In this document: positions 47,888 to 57,773 of the stretch, piece after piece
Numbering within the stretch: position 1 is the first letter of the stretch
Layout of the letters: the number at the start of each line of letters is the position of its first letter
Source: a virus
Lineage: Duplodnaviria; Caudoviricetes
Length of the DNA stretch: 64,000 bases
Reading direction: 5' to 3' (one strand)
Virus record (IMG/VR): IMGVR_UViG_3300021364_000005
Made by a program: the position numbers and the translations under genes
The notes under the pieces: model-generated
Seen by the model: the letters and a program-made list of their open reading frames with translations, nothing else
Databases searched by the model: none
What the model was told of the DNA's origin: nothing

Positions 47888-48868
47888 ATGACTACAGTTA
47901 GTATAGGTGACGTAATTACAGCAGCTCAGTATAATGATCTGCAAACTAGAGTACAAAAAGTTTTAGGAAACGGAACCGGTGATTTTGGTTACGGAGAAAC
48001 AGTTACGAGCAGTTCGGTTGCAATTTCAAAAATTATTGAAGCAACTGACATGAACAACCTATATACAGATATTGTTAAGTGTGCTGTGCATCAAACTGGA
48101 AGCATTCCTACAACAATTTCTCAACTTGCTGTTGCAGATATAATTGGTGCAGATGCAAGTACAACTCCTAATGAAACAGTTAAAGGTCATAATGACTATA
48201 ATAACGCTATTGGTGTAATTGAAGCAGGTAGACTTAGTGTAGCTACTGCTCAAACAAGTTACGAATCTAAATTACAAAGCCAACGAAGTTCAGCTTGGGG
48301 ACAGAATCCAGATGTAATCACACATACATTCACAGTGACTTTTCCAGGAAATTATACCACTAAAGATACAAGCGGTAATACATATACTACTACAGGTGCA
48401 GATCATATGCGCCATTTCTTTAATGCAGGTGGTCTTATAATTTTTGCTGCAAGCCTATCAGGAGGTAGCGGTGCAAAATATAATGACTGGAACAGTATGC
48501 TTACAAATATGGGAAATATTTATTTTGCTAGAACAGCAACAACTGCATCTGGTACAGGAACAACTACAACAATTGGATATGAAGATTTAACAACATCCTA
48601 TCAAACAATTTTTACAAAATCAGGCAGTGGAGTGTATGCAGAAAACGATTACAACATTGCTGCTAGATCACAAACATCAGATACCATACAATTTAGAATA
48701 CAATTTAGAGATGATGATGCTGGCGACCAACAAGGTGGATATTTACCAGGTCCTGCTGTAGACGAAAACGTTGGCGGCACTGTTACAAGTAGCATAAGCC
48801 AGCGTAGAGCAACTGGCTCGTATGTGGAAGTTATCACTCCTACTTACGCAACCGACTCTAACCTATAA
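47888..48868 (+). CDS. Putative virion structural/fibre protein
   Basis: Thr/Gly/Ser-rich beta-type composition, behind a late promoter. Confidence 0.5.
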   Translation: MTTVSIGDVITAAQYNDLQTRVQKVLGNGTGDFGYGETVTSSSVAISKIIEATDMNNLYTDIVKCAVHQTGSIPTTISQLAVADIIGADASTTPNETVKGHNDYNNAIGVIEAGRLSVATAQTSYESKLQSQRSSAWGQNPDVITHTFTVTFPGNYTTKDTSGNTYTTTGADHMRHFFNAGGLIIFAASLSGGSGAKYNDWNSMLTNMGNIYFARTATTASGTGTTTTIGYEDLTTSYQTIFTKSGSGVYAENDYNIAARSQTSDTIQFRIQFRDDDAGDQQGGYLPGPAVDENVGGTVTSSISQRRATGSYVEVITPTYATDSNL

Positions 48869-48873
48869 ATCAC

Positions 48874-48902
48874 TTGACAACAACTAAGTAACGTAGTATA
48901 AT
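48874..48902 (+). promoter_or_regulatory. Perfect sigma70 promoter TTGACA-N17-TATAAT
   Basis: -35 at 48874-48879, -10 at 48897-48902; heads the modification-enzyme cluster. Confidence 0.8.
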
Positions 48903-48908
48903 CTAATT

Positions 48909-49241
48909 ATGGAGGATACTATGAAAAAAGAATACGAAGATTTTCTCAATACATTTTCTTCTTTGTCAGCCCAACACACGGTGCAATTTAAAAATAGCTA
49001 TGTTATGTATTACGGTGGAGGAAAGTTTACACTTACCTACGGGTTTTTAGCATATTTAGATAAAGCAAAAGATGATGAAATCTTAATTGACGATAATTAC
49101 TTGCCTGTTGAAATCAGCAATATGGAAGATTTTAGAAATGAAGCTAACGATACTTTCAAAAAAGCAGTAGCAGAACATCACAAAAGATATCAAAAATTAG
49201 TTCAAAACGATAGAACGATAGGATCGCTATTTGATGACTAA
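48909..49241 (+). CDS. Hypothetical protein
   Basis: 110-aa ORF; GGAGG precedes the second ATG. Confidence 0.6.
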   Translation: MEDTMKKEYEDFLNTFSSLSAQHTVQFKNSYVMYYGGGKFTLTYGFLAYLDKAKDDEILIDDNYLPVEISNMEDFRNEANDTFKKAVAEHHKRYQKLVQNDRTIGSLFDD

Positions 49242-50082
49242 AGGATTTTTGATGATTGCTATGAATAATCCTAAAGTAGATTATTTGAAGCAAGCATACT
49301 ATTCAGCGAAACGTTTATATGAATTGACTGGTTTAAAATCAGCAGTAGTAACTGATGGCGAAGGATATATCAGACGAGTATTTGAGGACTATAAAAAATA
49401 TATAGATGTTATTAACAGCAGAACTATTACAATAGATAGAAAGAACACACAAAGACGTTACTATGATGGACATCATTCTTACAAAATGTTGCCATTTCAA
49501 AACGAATTTAGAGTTGCAGCATTTGATGTGTCACCATATGATGAAACATTATTGATAGACACAGATATATTATGGAATAACAAAGATATATTTAAAGTAT
49601 TTGATGATGCATATCTAAATGACTTTGCTTTATATAAAAAATGTGTGCCTTTAAATCCTTCAGTTGATTATGACGAGTTTATGACTATCAATCATGCTGG
49701 TATAGATTTTTATTGGGCAACTTGTGTTTACTTCAAAAAAACAGATAGAGTAAAGAAATATTTTGATACTGTAAAACATTTATATGATAACTGGGACTAT
49801 TTTTCTGTAGCGTTTGATTTACGTAGAAAGGTATTTAGAAATGATTACTTGTTTAGTCTTGCGTTACATTATATGAATGATTTTACAACTAATACATTTG
49901 CAAGCGAATTGCCTGGCACACTTTATTTTACAATCGATAAAGATATTTTGCTAGAAAATACACACAAGCAATGTTTTGATTTATCTCATGGTGATGTTTA
50001 TGCGTATACAGAAGTACAGAATGAAAACATACACGTAATGAATAAATTTAGTTTAGGAAGAGTCTATGACCAGAACGGATAA
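49234..50082 (+). CDS. GT-A fold glycosyltransferase (GT8-like)
   Basis: LLIDTDIL DxD motif, YWATCVYF, RNDYLFSLA. Confidence 0.6.
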   Translation: MTKGFLMIAMNNPKVDYLKQAYYSAKRLYELTGLKSAVVTDGEGYIRRVFEDYKKYIDVINSRTITIDRKNTQRRYYDGHHSYKMLPFQNEFRVAAFDVSPYDETLLIDTDILWNNKDIFKVFDDAYLNDFALYKKCVPLNPSVDYDEFMTINHAGIDFYWATCVYFKKTDRVKKYFDTVKHLYDNWDYFSVAFDLRRKVFRNDYLFSLALHYMNDFTTNTFASELPGTLYFTIDKDILLENTHKQCFDLSHGDVYAYTEVQNENIHVMNKFSLGRVYDQNG

Positions 50083-50782
50083 AGGTGTTTTAATATTCGC
50101 TCAAGGCGAGCAATATATAAATTGCGCTACCACGCTTGCCCAGAGTATAAAGCGGTTTAGCAACATATCAGTATACATTGCTAGTGACTTTGAAAACGAC
50201 CTAGCAGTCAACAGCGAATGGAAGATAGAGAATAGATGCACTGCATATGATATATCACCTTTTGATAAAACATATGTGTTTGACGCTGACACAATATTAA
50301 CTACACCGTTGCCTGAACTTGTAAATGATTTAAGTTTTTCAATGTCTCCTGTTAATTACAATGGAGAATTAGTTTTACAAGATACAAAGCATAGGAAAGT
50401 ATTTTTAGAAAACAACTTACCTAATGTTTATACAGGATTTTATTATTTTGAAAAAAATGATAAAGTGCAACAGTTCTTTAACCTAGTTAAAGATATTACT
50501 TTAAATTGGCAAGAATATTATAAAGTTTTAAATCCTCAACCTAAACATTTAAGTATGGACGTAACATTTGCACTTGCTGTAAAATTAAGTGGCGTTGATT
50601 ACGGAGATTGTAATACACAGATTAATTTTATACACGGTAAGTTTTTTAATAATGATTACAAATTAGATTTATATGATGAAGTATATGTTGATTACTATAA
50701 ACAAAAGGGCGTTCTTCATTACGTAGAAAAGTCTCAATTTACAAAATATAAGGAGTGGTTAGATGAAATTTATTCCTCCTAA
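50066..50782 (+). CDS. GT-A fold glycosyltransferase, paralogue of the preceding gene
   Basis: SPFDKTYVFDADTIL, NVYTGFYYF, SMDVTFALA. Confidence 0.6.
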   Translation: MTRTDKGVLIFAQGEQYINCATTLAQSIKRFSNISVYIASDFENDLAVNSEWKIENRCTAYDISPFDKTYVFDADTILTTPLPELVNDLSFSMSPVNYNGELVLQDTKHRKVFLENNLPNVYTGFYYFEKNDKVQQFFNLVKDITLNWQEYYKVLNPQPKHLSMDVTFALAVKLSGVDYGDCNTQINFIHGKFFNNDYKLDLYDEVYVDYYKQKGVLHYVEKSQFTKYKEWLDEIYSS

Positions 50783-51272
50783 ATTTTACGTACAGTTTGA
50801 TCCTGTTTCAAAAGAAATAACAGGATGTTACAACGTACAACCATCAGATAATTTTATAGAAATTACTGAAGATGAATATGTTGTTTTTGCTCAAGATACA
50901 TCAGTTTTTAACAAAAAGATTGCAAAACTTAACGAAGACACAAAGACTTGGATACTTACAGATAAGATTGTTGAACAGGTTAAATATGAACCTGGAGTGT
51001 TTTTGCTTAATAAAAATGATAACGATGTAAAAGTTGTTAAAAAAGAAAGCGAATGGGAGTTTCATTTTCCAGAACATTTTCCAACAGGAGTAGGTGTAGT
51101 AATTGGATTAAGTAACACAAGAAATCCGTTTAAAATATTTAAGTCGTTTTATATTTGGTGTGATGGTACAAATCCAATTCGTAAATTTTTCACTACTGAA
51201 GAGGAAAAAGGCGAAGTATTTTTGTTTGCAAATAATATTTTTAAAGATGCAAGCTATGAGGTAGAAAAATGA
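50763..51272 (+). CDS. Hypothetical protein
   Basis: 169-aa ORF overlapping both neighbours within the operon. Confidence 0.6.
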   Translation: MKFIPPKFYVQFDPVSKEITGCYNVQPSDNFIEITEDEYVVFAQDTSVFNKKIAKLNEDTKTWILTDKIVEQVKYEPGVFLLNKNDNDVKVVKKESEWEFHFPEHFPTGVGVVIGLSNTRNPFKIFKSFYIWCDGTNPIRKFFTTEEEKGEVFLFANNIFKDASYEVEK

Positions 51273-52885
51273 TTTTGAATATGTTTGACTATGATGTTAT
51301 ATACCTCAGCTATGACGAGCCTAATGCTGAAGAAAACTATTACGATCTCAAACTTAAAATACCATGGGCTAAACGTGTACACGGTGTAGAAGGATCAGAT
51401 GCTGCACATAAAGCCTGTGCAGAATTAAGTTCAACACAACGATTTATAACTATTGACGGTGATAATAAAGTTAGTAAAGATTTTCTATCAACTCATGTAG
51501 AAATTGTAGAAGGTGTTGATATTAAAAAGCACGTTATAAGCTGGAGCGGTTATAATACTATAAACGGACTAACATATGGTAACGGAGGCATTAAGTGTTG
51601 GGATAAAGATACTGTTCTGAATATGCGTACACATGAAAATGCAGATCCTGATAATATTCAAGCTCAGGTAGACTTTTGCTGGGATTTAGAATATATTCAA
51701 ATTGATAAGATAATGAGTACGGTTTATAATAATTCTACACCACAGCAAGCCTGGCGTGCTGGTTTCCGTGAAGGTGTAAAAATGTCATTGATTGATGGAG
51801 CCAGGGTTGACATAGAAACTTTTAAAAAAGTGCATTGGAAAAATTTGCATAGGCTTTATGTTTGGCTAATGGTAGGTGCAGATGTTGAAAACGGCTTGTG
51901 GGCAATATACGGTGCTAGAGAAGGTTTGTACAAAACTATGTGTACAGATTGGGATTATGTAAATGTGCGTGACTTTGAATATTTAAATAACCTTTGGAAA
52001 GAAAAAATACAAACTGAAGATGATTTACTAGAAGCGTGTATAGATTACGGAGAACGTATTGTTGCAGAACTTGAACTTCCTATCGATAGTAATCCATTGG
52101 CACCTGATCAAAGTAAGTTTTTTAAAACTGTTTATAAAAGTCCTCCTAGACAAAGCCATCACTATATTGAATGGCAAGAAGCTCCTATTAGGCAAACAAA
52201 CGAATATGATATTTTTATGCTTACATACAATGAACCAAACGGAGATGAAAATTTCGAAAAGTTAAAAAGCAGATTTCCTAGAGCGCAACGTGTTCATGGT
52301 ATAAAAGGAATACATAATGCACACAAACAAGCTGCAAAAATATGTAGAACAAATATGATGTGGATAGTTGACGGTGATGCAGTAATAGCAGATGATTTTA
52401 ACTTTGATTATGTTGTAGAGAATAATGATAAGGATGCAGTTCATGTTTGGCGTAGTAAAAATCCTGTTAACGGATTAGAGTATGGATACGGCGGAGTAAA
52501 ACTCTTGCCTACAAAAGAAACTAAAATTATGCGTACAGATACTACTGACATGACTACTAGTATAAGCAGCAAATTTAAAAAGATGGATCAAGTAAGTAAC
52601 ATCACAGCATTTAACACAGATCCATTTACTACATGGCGTAGTGCATTTAGAGAGTGTTGTAAACTTGGAAGTAAAGTTATTGAAAGACAAAATGATGCTG
52701 AAACGCAAAATAGGTTAGATGTTTGGACAACTTATGTCAATGAAGATGCGCCGTTTGCTGAATATGCACTAGCAGGCGCAAGAGCTGGTAAACAGTACGG
52801 TGCTACAAATAAAAACAACGAAATGCGGCTAAGACAAATTAATGATTTTGATTGGCTGTTGGAGAAATTTAATGAGTCAGAATAA
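51269..52885 (+). CDS. Tandem two-domain GT-A-like glycosyltransferase
   Basis: Duplicated YD(V/I)..L.Y.EPN..EN...LK...P.A.RVHG..G...AHK and DGD motifs; both halves end W..FRE..K. Confidence 0.6.
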   Translation: MILNMFDYDVIYLSYDEPNAEENYYDLKLKIPWAKRVHGVEGSDAAHKACAELSSTQRFITIDGDNKVSKDFLSTHVEIVEGVDIKKHVISWSGYNTINGLTYGNGGIKCWDKDTVLNMRTHENADPDNIQAQVDFCWDLEYIQIDKIMSTVYNNSTPQQAWRAGFREGVKMSLIDGARVDIETFKKVHWKNLHRLYVWLMVGADVENGLWAIYGAREGLYKTMCTDWDYVNVRDFEYLNNLWKEKIQTEDDLLEACIDYGERIVAELELPIDSNPLAPDQSKFFKTVYKSPPRQSHHYIEWQEAPIRQTNEYDIFMLTYNEPNGDENFEKLKSRFPRAQRVHGIKGIHNAHKQAAKICRTNMMWIVDGDAVIADDFNFDYVVENNDKDAVHVWRSKNPVNGLEYGYGGVKLLPTKETKIMRTDTTDMTTSISSKFKKMDQVSNITAFNTDPFTTWRSAFRECCKLGSKVIERQNDAETQNRLDVWTTYVNEDAPFAEYALAGARAGKQYGATNKNNEMRLRQINDFDWLLEKFNESE

Positions 52886-53873
52886 AGAATTCTTACACGG
52901 ACTACAAGACTACTTTGACTATAAAGAAGATCAGCGTAGTAAAGATTTTATAAAAAGTATATTAGATATTTGCTATTCTCAAAATCCGAAAAATGTTTTT
53001 TGTGATACTTTTATCAAAAAACATATAATGGAAAATGATAATGCTAAAGATATTCTTTTAAATGATGTTAGTAAGATTTTGTATGCTAACGATGTAAGAG
53101 AACAGATGGTAAATTCTTTCCTGCCAAGAGATTTAGCATTTGTATATGGTAGTAACGATTTTGAAAGAGCATTAGTGTTTTGGGCTTTAGAGCAAATAGA
53201 AATTTCTACTGAAACAAAACTTACTAGATATATTTTAGATTATCTTAAAAAAGATGGAGATCCGAATATTATTAGCGATGCATTTAGTAGAAGTCAAATG
53301 CGTAGCAAAATATGGCTGGCACAAGAGCTTGCAAGGATTGGCGGAAGCAGCACATTTAAAAATATAGTTTTGTTAGCAGGGTGGTATGGACAATTTGTAG
53401 AAATTTTAACAACACAGTTTCTGTTTGAAAAATGTAGAATAATAGAATTAGATAAAGATGCTTGTTTACAAAGTGATTTTAATTTTAATCTTAATAGACT
53501 AGAAAATTATAAAGTAAAGAGTATTAACGAAGACATAAACAATCTTACATTACATACTTCAGGTTACGAATGGAATATTGAAAATTTTAAAACTGGACAA
53601 AGTTATACAGAAAAGTTTAGTCCTGATTTAATTATTAATACAAGCTCAGAACACATGGATACAGAATGGTACAATCAAATAAGATTTAAGCAGTGGGATA
53701 AAAAACCTATTGTTGCAATACAAAGTAATAACTTTTTTGACATCGAAGATCATGTAAATTGTGTACACAGTATCGATCATATGAAGAAAATTTACCCAAT
53801 GGAAAATATATTGTTTGAAGGTGAGCTACAGCTAAAAGGATATAAGCGTGTCATGCTTATTGGGAGACCATAA
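52872..53873 (+). CDS. Class I SAM-dependent methyltransferase-like protein
   Basis: SKIWL, VLLAGWYG, IELD, LIINTSSEHM, QSNN motifs. Likely ATG 52872. Confidence 0.55.
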   Translation: MSQNKEFLHGLQDYFDYKEDQRSKDFIKSILDICYSQNPKNVFCDTFIKKHIMENDNAKDILLNDVSKILYANDVREQMVNSFLPRDLAFVYGSNDFERALVFWALEQIEISTETKLTRYILDYLKKDGDPNIISDAFSRSQMRSKIWLAQELARIGGSSTFKNIVLLAGWYGQFVEILTTQFLFEKCRIIELDKDACLQSDFNFNLNRLENYKVKSINEDINNLTLHTSGYEWNIENFKTGQSYTEKFSPDLIINTSSEHMDTEWYNQIRFKQWDKKPIVAIQSNNFFDIEDHVNCVHSIDHMKKIYPMENILFEGELQLKGYKRVMLIGRP

Positions 53874-54100
53874 TGAATTTAGAAGATTTTTCAGTCAGAG
53901 AATTACAAAGAGAAAGTGCCCGTGCGCTAAGTACAATGCAGGCTACAAATAATAATATTTGGCAATTTAATAAACAGGCACATCATAATAGTTGGAACTG
54001 GTATAAAGCAGTTATTGAATGGTATGTTGGTCAATACGGAGATTTGCCAAGTAAGGTTGGCCCAGGAAAAGATGTAAAGTTAGTATCTGATGAAATTTGA
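53873..54100 (+). CDS. Small hypothetical protein
   Basis: 75-aa ORF translationally coupled (TAATG). Confidence 0.6.
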   Translation: MNLEDFSVRELQRESARALSTMQATNNNIWQFNKQAHHNSWNWYKAVIEWYVGQYGDLPSKVGPGKDVKLVSDEI

Positions 54101-54440
54101 TAAAACATTTAAGTTGTACTTGATAAAAGGCCAAAGGGTTGATTTAAGTATTAAAATATCTGAATCTATGGTTGTTGGATATAGATTTAGGATAAAAGAG
54201 TTTGAAAATATTATAAAAGGTTGGGAAAACGGATTTGAAGGTGATACTTCTGGAGGATATGTTTTTATAGAATACAAAAAATATGGACCACGACCAGAAC
54301 GTAGATACGATCCATATGTGCGGTTTAGTATTAGCAACAATGGACTTACTAATCATCACAGGGTAACATATGATGATATGTATGACCTTACCAAAGAATG
54401 GAATCACCAAAAAACAAACAAAATGTATTGGGACGTATAA
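54090..54440 (+). CDS. Hypothetical protein
   Basis: 116-aa ORF overlapping both neighbours. Confidence 0.5.
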   Translation: MKFDKTFKLYLIKGQRVDLSIKISESMVVGYRFRIKEFENIIKGWENGFEGDTSGGYVFIEYKKYGPRPERRYDPYVRFSISNNGLTNHHRVTYDDMYDLTKEWNHQKTNKMYWDV

Positions 54441-55522
54441 TGTATAGATACGAGGATATAAAGGAAGTACATTTAGAAGTTACACAACGCTGCCAAGCGG
54501 CGTGTCCTATGTGTGACCGAAATATGAATGGCGGCGCTGATAATCCTCATATCACTAATGCAGAATTGTCTTATAAAGATTGTGTTAACATATTTAAACC
54601 TGCCTTTATAAAACAGTTAAAGACAATGTATATGTGTGGTAACTTAGGAGATCCTATTGTTGCAAAAGATACATTAGAAATATTCAAATATTTTAGAGAA
54701 CACAATCCTAATATGTGGTTGAGCATGAATACAAACGCAGGAGCAAAGGATGAACAGTGGTGGCGTGACCTGGCGCAAACTTTTGGTCGTATGGGCGCAG
54801 TTATCTTTAGTGTTGACGGGCTTAGTGATACTAATCACATTTATAGACAAAATGTTGTTTGGGATAATGTAGAACGTAATATGAAAGCGTTTATCAATGC
54901 AGGCGGCAGAGCTCGTTGGGACTTTTTAATTTTTGGACATAACGAGCATCAAGTCGACGAAGCCGAAAAACTTGCAAATGAATGGGGCTGCGAAAAATTT
55001 ATTAAAAAGAAAACCGGTAGATTTATTACAGTTAAAAGCGAAGCAAAAGAACAGCACCAAGCAACAAACAGAAAAGGCGAGGATACTGCTACTCTTGTAA
55101 AGCCTAAGAAAAAAGAAAATGTAAATCTTGCACTTTTAAAACAAAAAGAAATTGAAAAAACATATGGCAGTATGAAAGACTACTATAACCAATGTTCTAT
55201 AAAATGTAAAGTTGCTGAACAAGGTAGTATTTTTGTAACAGCAGAAGGACTACTTATGCCCTGTTGTTGGACTGCCGGGCGTATGTACAAATGGTGGCAT
55301 CCAGATCCTAAAGTAGAGCAGGTATGGGATTTTATAGATGCAGCTGGAGGTAAAGAAGGTATAAGCATTATAGACAACGACATTGAAGATGTAGTTGGCG
55401 GAAAACTTATAAGCTCTATAACTGAAAGCTGGAATAAAAATAGTTTAGATGAAGGCAAGTTGGGAGTTTGTGCGCAAAAATGTGGAACAGAATTTGATCC
55501 ATTTGCGGAGCAATTTAAGTGA
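54440..55522 (+). CDS. Radical SAM/SPASM-twitch protein (type A)
   Basis: CQAACPMC, CGNLGDP, TNAG, FSVDG, C-terminal LMPCCW...CAQKC. Start at the TAATG overlap, 54440. Confidence 0.88.
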   Translation: MYRYEDIKEVHLEVTQRCQAACPMCDRNMNGGADNPHITNAELSYKDCVNIFKPAFIKQLKTMYMCGNLGDPIVAKDTLEIFKYFREHNPNMWLSMNTNAGAKDEQWWRDLAQTFGRMGAVIFSVDGLSDTNHIYRQNVVWDNVERNMKAFINAGGRARWDFLIFGHNEHQVDEAEKLANEWGCEKFIKKKTGRFITVKSEAKEQHQATNRKGEDTATLVKPKKKENVNLALLKQKEIEKTYGSMKDYYNQCSIKCKVAEQGSIFVTAEGLLMPCCWTAGRMYKWWHPDPKVEQVWDFIDAAGGKEGISIIDNDIEDVVGGKLISSITESWNKNSLDEGKLGVCAQKCGTEFDPFAEQFK

Positions 55523-56250
55523 TATTTCCTCCTACTAAAAAATTACATCTCGGACTGACTTATAAATGCACTCTTGCTTGCTTAGAATGTTGTAGAACTA
55601 ATACTCGTAGGGATCAAATTCCACATATAACAGAAGAGTCTCATTTAAAGTGGGAGCAGTATAAAGATCTTTTACAAAGACAGTATAAGCATATTGAAAT
55701 GTGTGGTAATTGGGGAGACCCGATTTATTATCCTGATTTAATTCAATTAGTAAATTATATACACGAAGTCCAAGATGATTGTTACATAAGTCTGCATACA
55801 AACGGAAGTTATGTTAAGCCTAATACATGGCAAAGGTTAGCAGAAGCAATGTCAAAAAAAGATGAACTAATTTTTAGTTTAGACGGCACAAAGGATACTA
55901 ACCACAAATACAGGATCAACAGTGATTGGAAAAGTATTGCTGCTGGCGTGAACACAGTTTTTAATTATAAACACAGACCTTTGTTAACACAAAAAACTCT
56001 TTTATTTTCATATGTAGAACAAGATATGAAAAATGTTATACATCAAGCTATGAATATGGGATTTGATCGTATACGTTTTGATTATCCTATTACATCAGAA
56101 AAAACCGCAGATTTAAAACCTACTCGCACGGTTGAGGAAAATATTTTAGAAATGTCTAAATATGTTACCCCAACAAGGATCAGAAGATTAGGCGCTTCCT
56201 TTCCTGTTGTTTATGTTTACTTTAGGAGTGAAAATGTCTTTAAAGATTGA
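55519..56250 (+). CDS. Radical SAM core protein lacking the auxiliary domain
   Basis: CTLACLEC, CGNWGDP, HTNGS, FSLDG. Confidence 0.8.
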   Translation: MIFPPTKKLHLGLTYKCTLACLECCRTNTRRDQIPHITEESHLKWEQYKDLLQRQYKHIEMCGNWGDPIYYPDLIQLVNYIHEVQDDCYISLHTNGSYVKPNTWQRLAEAMSKKDELIFSLDGTKDTNHKYRINSDWKSIAAGVNTVFNYKHRPLLTQKTLLFSYVEQDMKNVIHQAMNMGFDRIRFDYPITSEKTADLKPTRTVEENILEMSKYVTPTRIRRLGASFPVVYVYFRSENVFKD

Positions 56251-56515
56251 TCCCGCTTGTATCAAACACCAAGGTTATTTTCTAGAATTAGATGGAACTT
56301 ATCTTCCGTGTTGCTGGTTGTTGACTGACTGGAAAGCAATAGACGAGCTGAAAGAACTTTATGGTGAAGATTGGGATAAACTTAAAATACAAAATAATTC
56401 TCCTGAAGAAATTGAAAAGCTGTGGCAGAAAATTGTAGATACTTGGTATGACAAACCTATAAGTAGGTGTGCAATTATGTGTCCTAAAAAAGGTAGGTTT
56501 GCTGAATATGAATAG
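56234..56515 (+). CDS. Stand-alone SPASM/twitch-like Fe-S domain
   Basis: C...DGTYLPCCW...CAIMC; AGGAG RBS at 56224-56228 before ATG 56234. Confidence 0.7.
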   Translation: MSLKIDPACIKHQGYFLELDGTYLPCCWLLTDWKAIDELKELYGEDWDKLKIQNNSPEEIEKLWQKIVDTWYDKPISRCAIMCPKKGRFAEYE

Positions 56516-57773
56516 ACTACCTTGCCACCAACCTTATAACACTATGGTATTTTTTAGTGCAACTAATGATATTAGTTGGTGTTGTAAGATGCAACCTACC
56601 ACTATAGATCCAACAACCGACGATTGGTTTTACAATAACAGGTATTTAAATTCTGTAAGATCAACTTTACAAGCAGGACATTTTCCAGATGCTTGCCACC
56701 GTTGTGCAATAGCCGAAAAAAACAATCAAAAAAGTTGGCGTCATTTAGAAGGCCAAGTTCCTCAGAAATATGCTGACGGATACTCACAAGAGCGCAAATC
56801 AGTGTTTCAGCGTATAGAGTTTTATTTTGATAATACTTGTGATTGTGCTTGTTTGTATTGTGGAGCGGGATTAAGCAGTAAATGGCAGCAAGAATATAAA
56901 AATGTTGACGAGCAAATATTTAAAGAAATTGCACCTTTCTTTAAGGTAGATGAGTTATATAAAACTGAAGAAAAAAATATTATCAAGCTATTGGACTATC
57001 TTGTATATCTAGGTAAAGAATTGCCTAAGCACGAAACAATGGTTGATTTTGCTTTTTTAGGAGGAGAACCTTTTTTAAGTCCACAAATTAAAAATGGAGA
57101 GTTTCAAAAATTTGTAGAAGCTTTTTACACTCATGCTCCTGCTGATTTCCGTATGGTTTTAAGTTTTGTAACAAATTGTAACAATCCTGATAAGGTCTGG
57201 GAACGTAATTGGAAAACTTTAGAAACTTTACGTAACAAGTATAATATAGGTTTAAACATTGCACTTAGTTTAGAAAGTATAGGCAAAGTTACTGAATATG
57301 TTAGATATGGCTCTGATTGGAATACTGTAGATAAAAACATAGACAAATGGCTTAGTAAAGATTGGACACAAGTACATTTTAACAATGCATACAATGCATT
57401 TGCGATTGAAACTTTGCCCGAGTTTGTTGAATACATGGTAAACAAAGGAAAGCAACACAACAGACAAATAGAAGTTAGTCCTAATGTTGTTTATGATCCT
57501 ATTGAACTTAGTCCTATGGTGTTGCCAAAAACATTTGACAAATATTTCGATAAAGCAATAGATCTTGTTTATCAAAACAAACAGCATTTTGTTGACAGTA
57601 ATTATAATGGTTACAGTGCATTGATCAAAACTTTTCAAGAGCTAAAAGACAAATTAGGTACACATACAGATAAAAAAGATAAAATGAACACATTTGTCCA
57701 GTATTCCAAGAAGTACCGCAATTTGGAATTAAATACAGTAGCCCCTAAAGTTGCAAAGTATTTAAATGAATGA
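56508..57773 (+). CDS. Radical SAM protein with N-terminal twitch-like domain (type B)
   Basis: N-terminal PC...WCC...CHRC, then CDCACLYC and GGEPF. Likely ATG 56508. Confidence 0.85.
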   Translation: MNRLPCHQPYNTMVFFSATNDISWCCKMQPTTIDPTTDDWFYNNRYLNSVRSTLQAGHFPDACHRCAIAEKNNQKSWRHLEGQVPQKYADGYSQERKSVFQRIEFYFDNTCDCACLYCGAGLSSKWQQEYKNVDEQIFKEIAPFFKVDELYKTEEKNIIKLLDYLVYLGKELPKHETMVDFAFLGGEPFLSPQIKNGEFQKFVEAFYTHAPADFRMVLSFVTNCNNPDKVWERNWKTLETLRNKYNIGLNIALSLESIGKVTEYVRYGSDWNTVDKNIDKWLSKDWTQVHFNNAYNAFAIETLPEFVEYMVNKGKQHNRQIEVSPNVVYDPIELSPMVLPKTFDKYFDKAIDLVYQNKQHFVDSNYNGYSALIKTFQELKDKLGTHTDKKDKMNTFVQYSKKYRNLELNTVAPKVAKYLNE

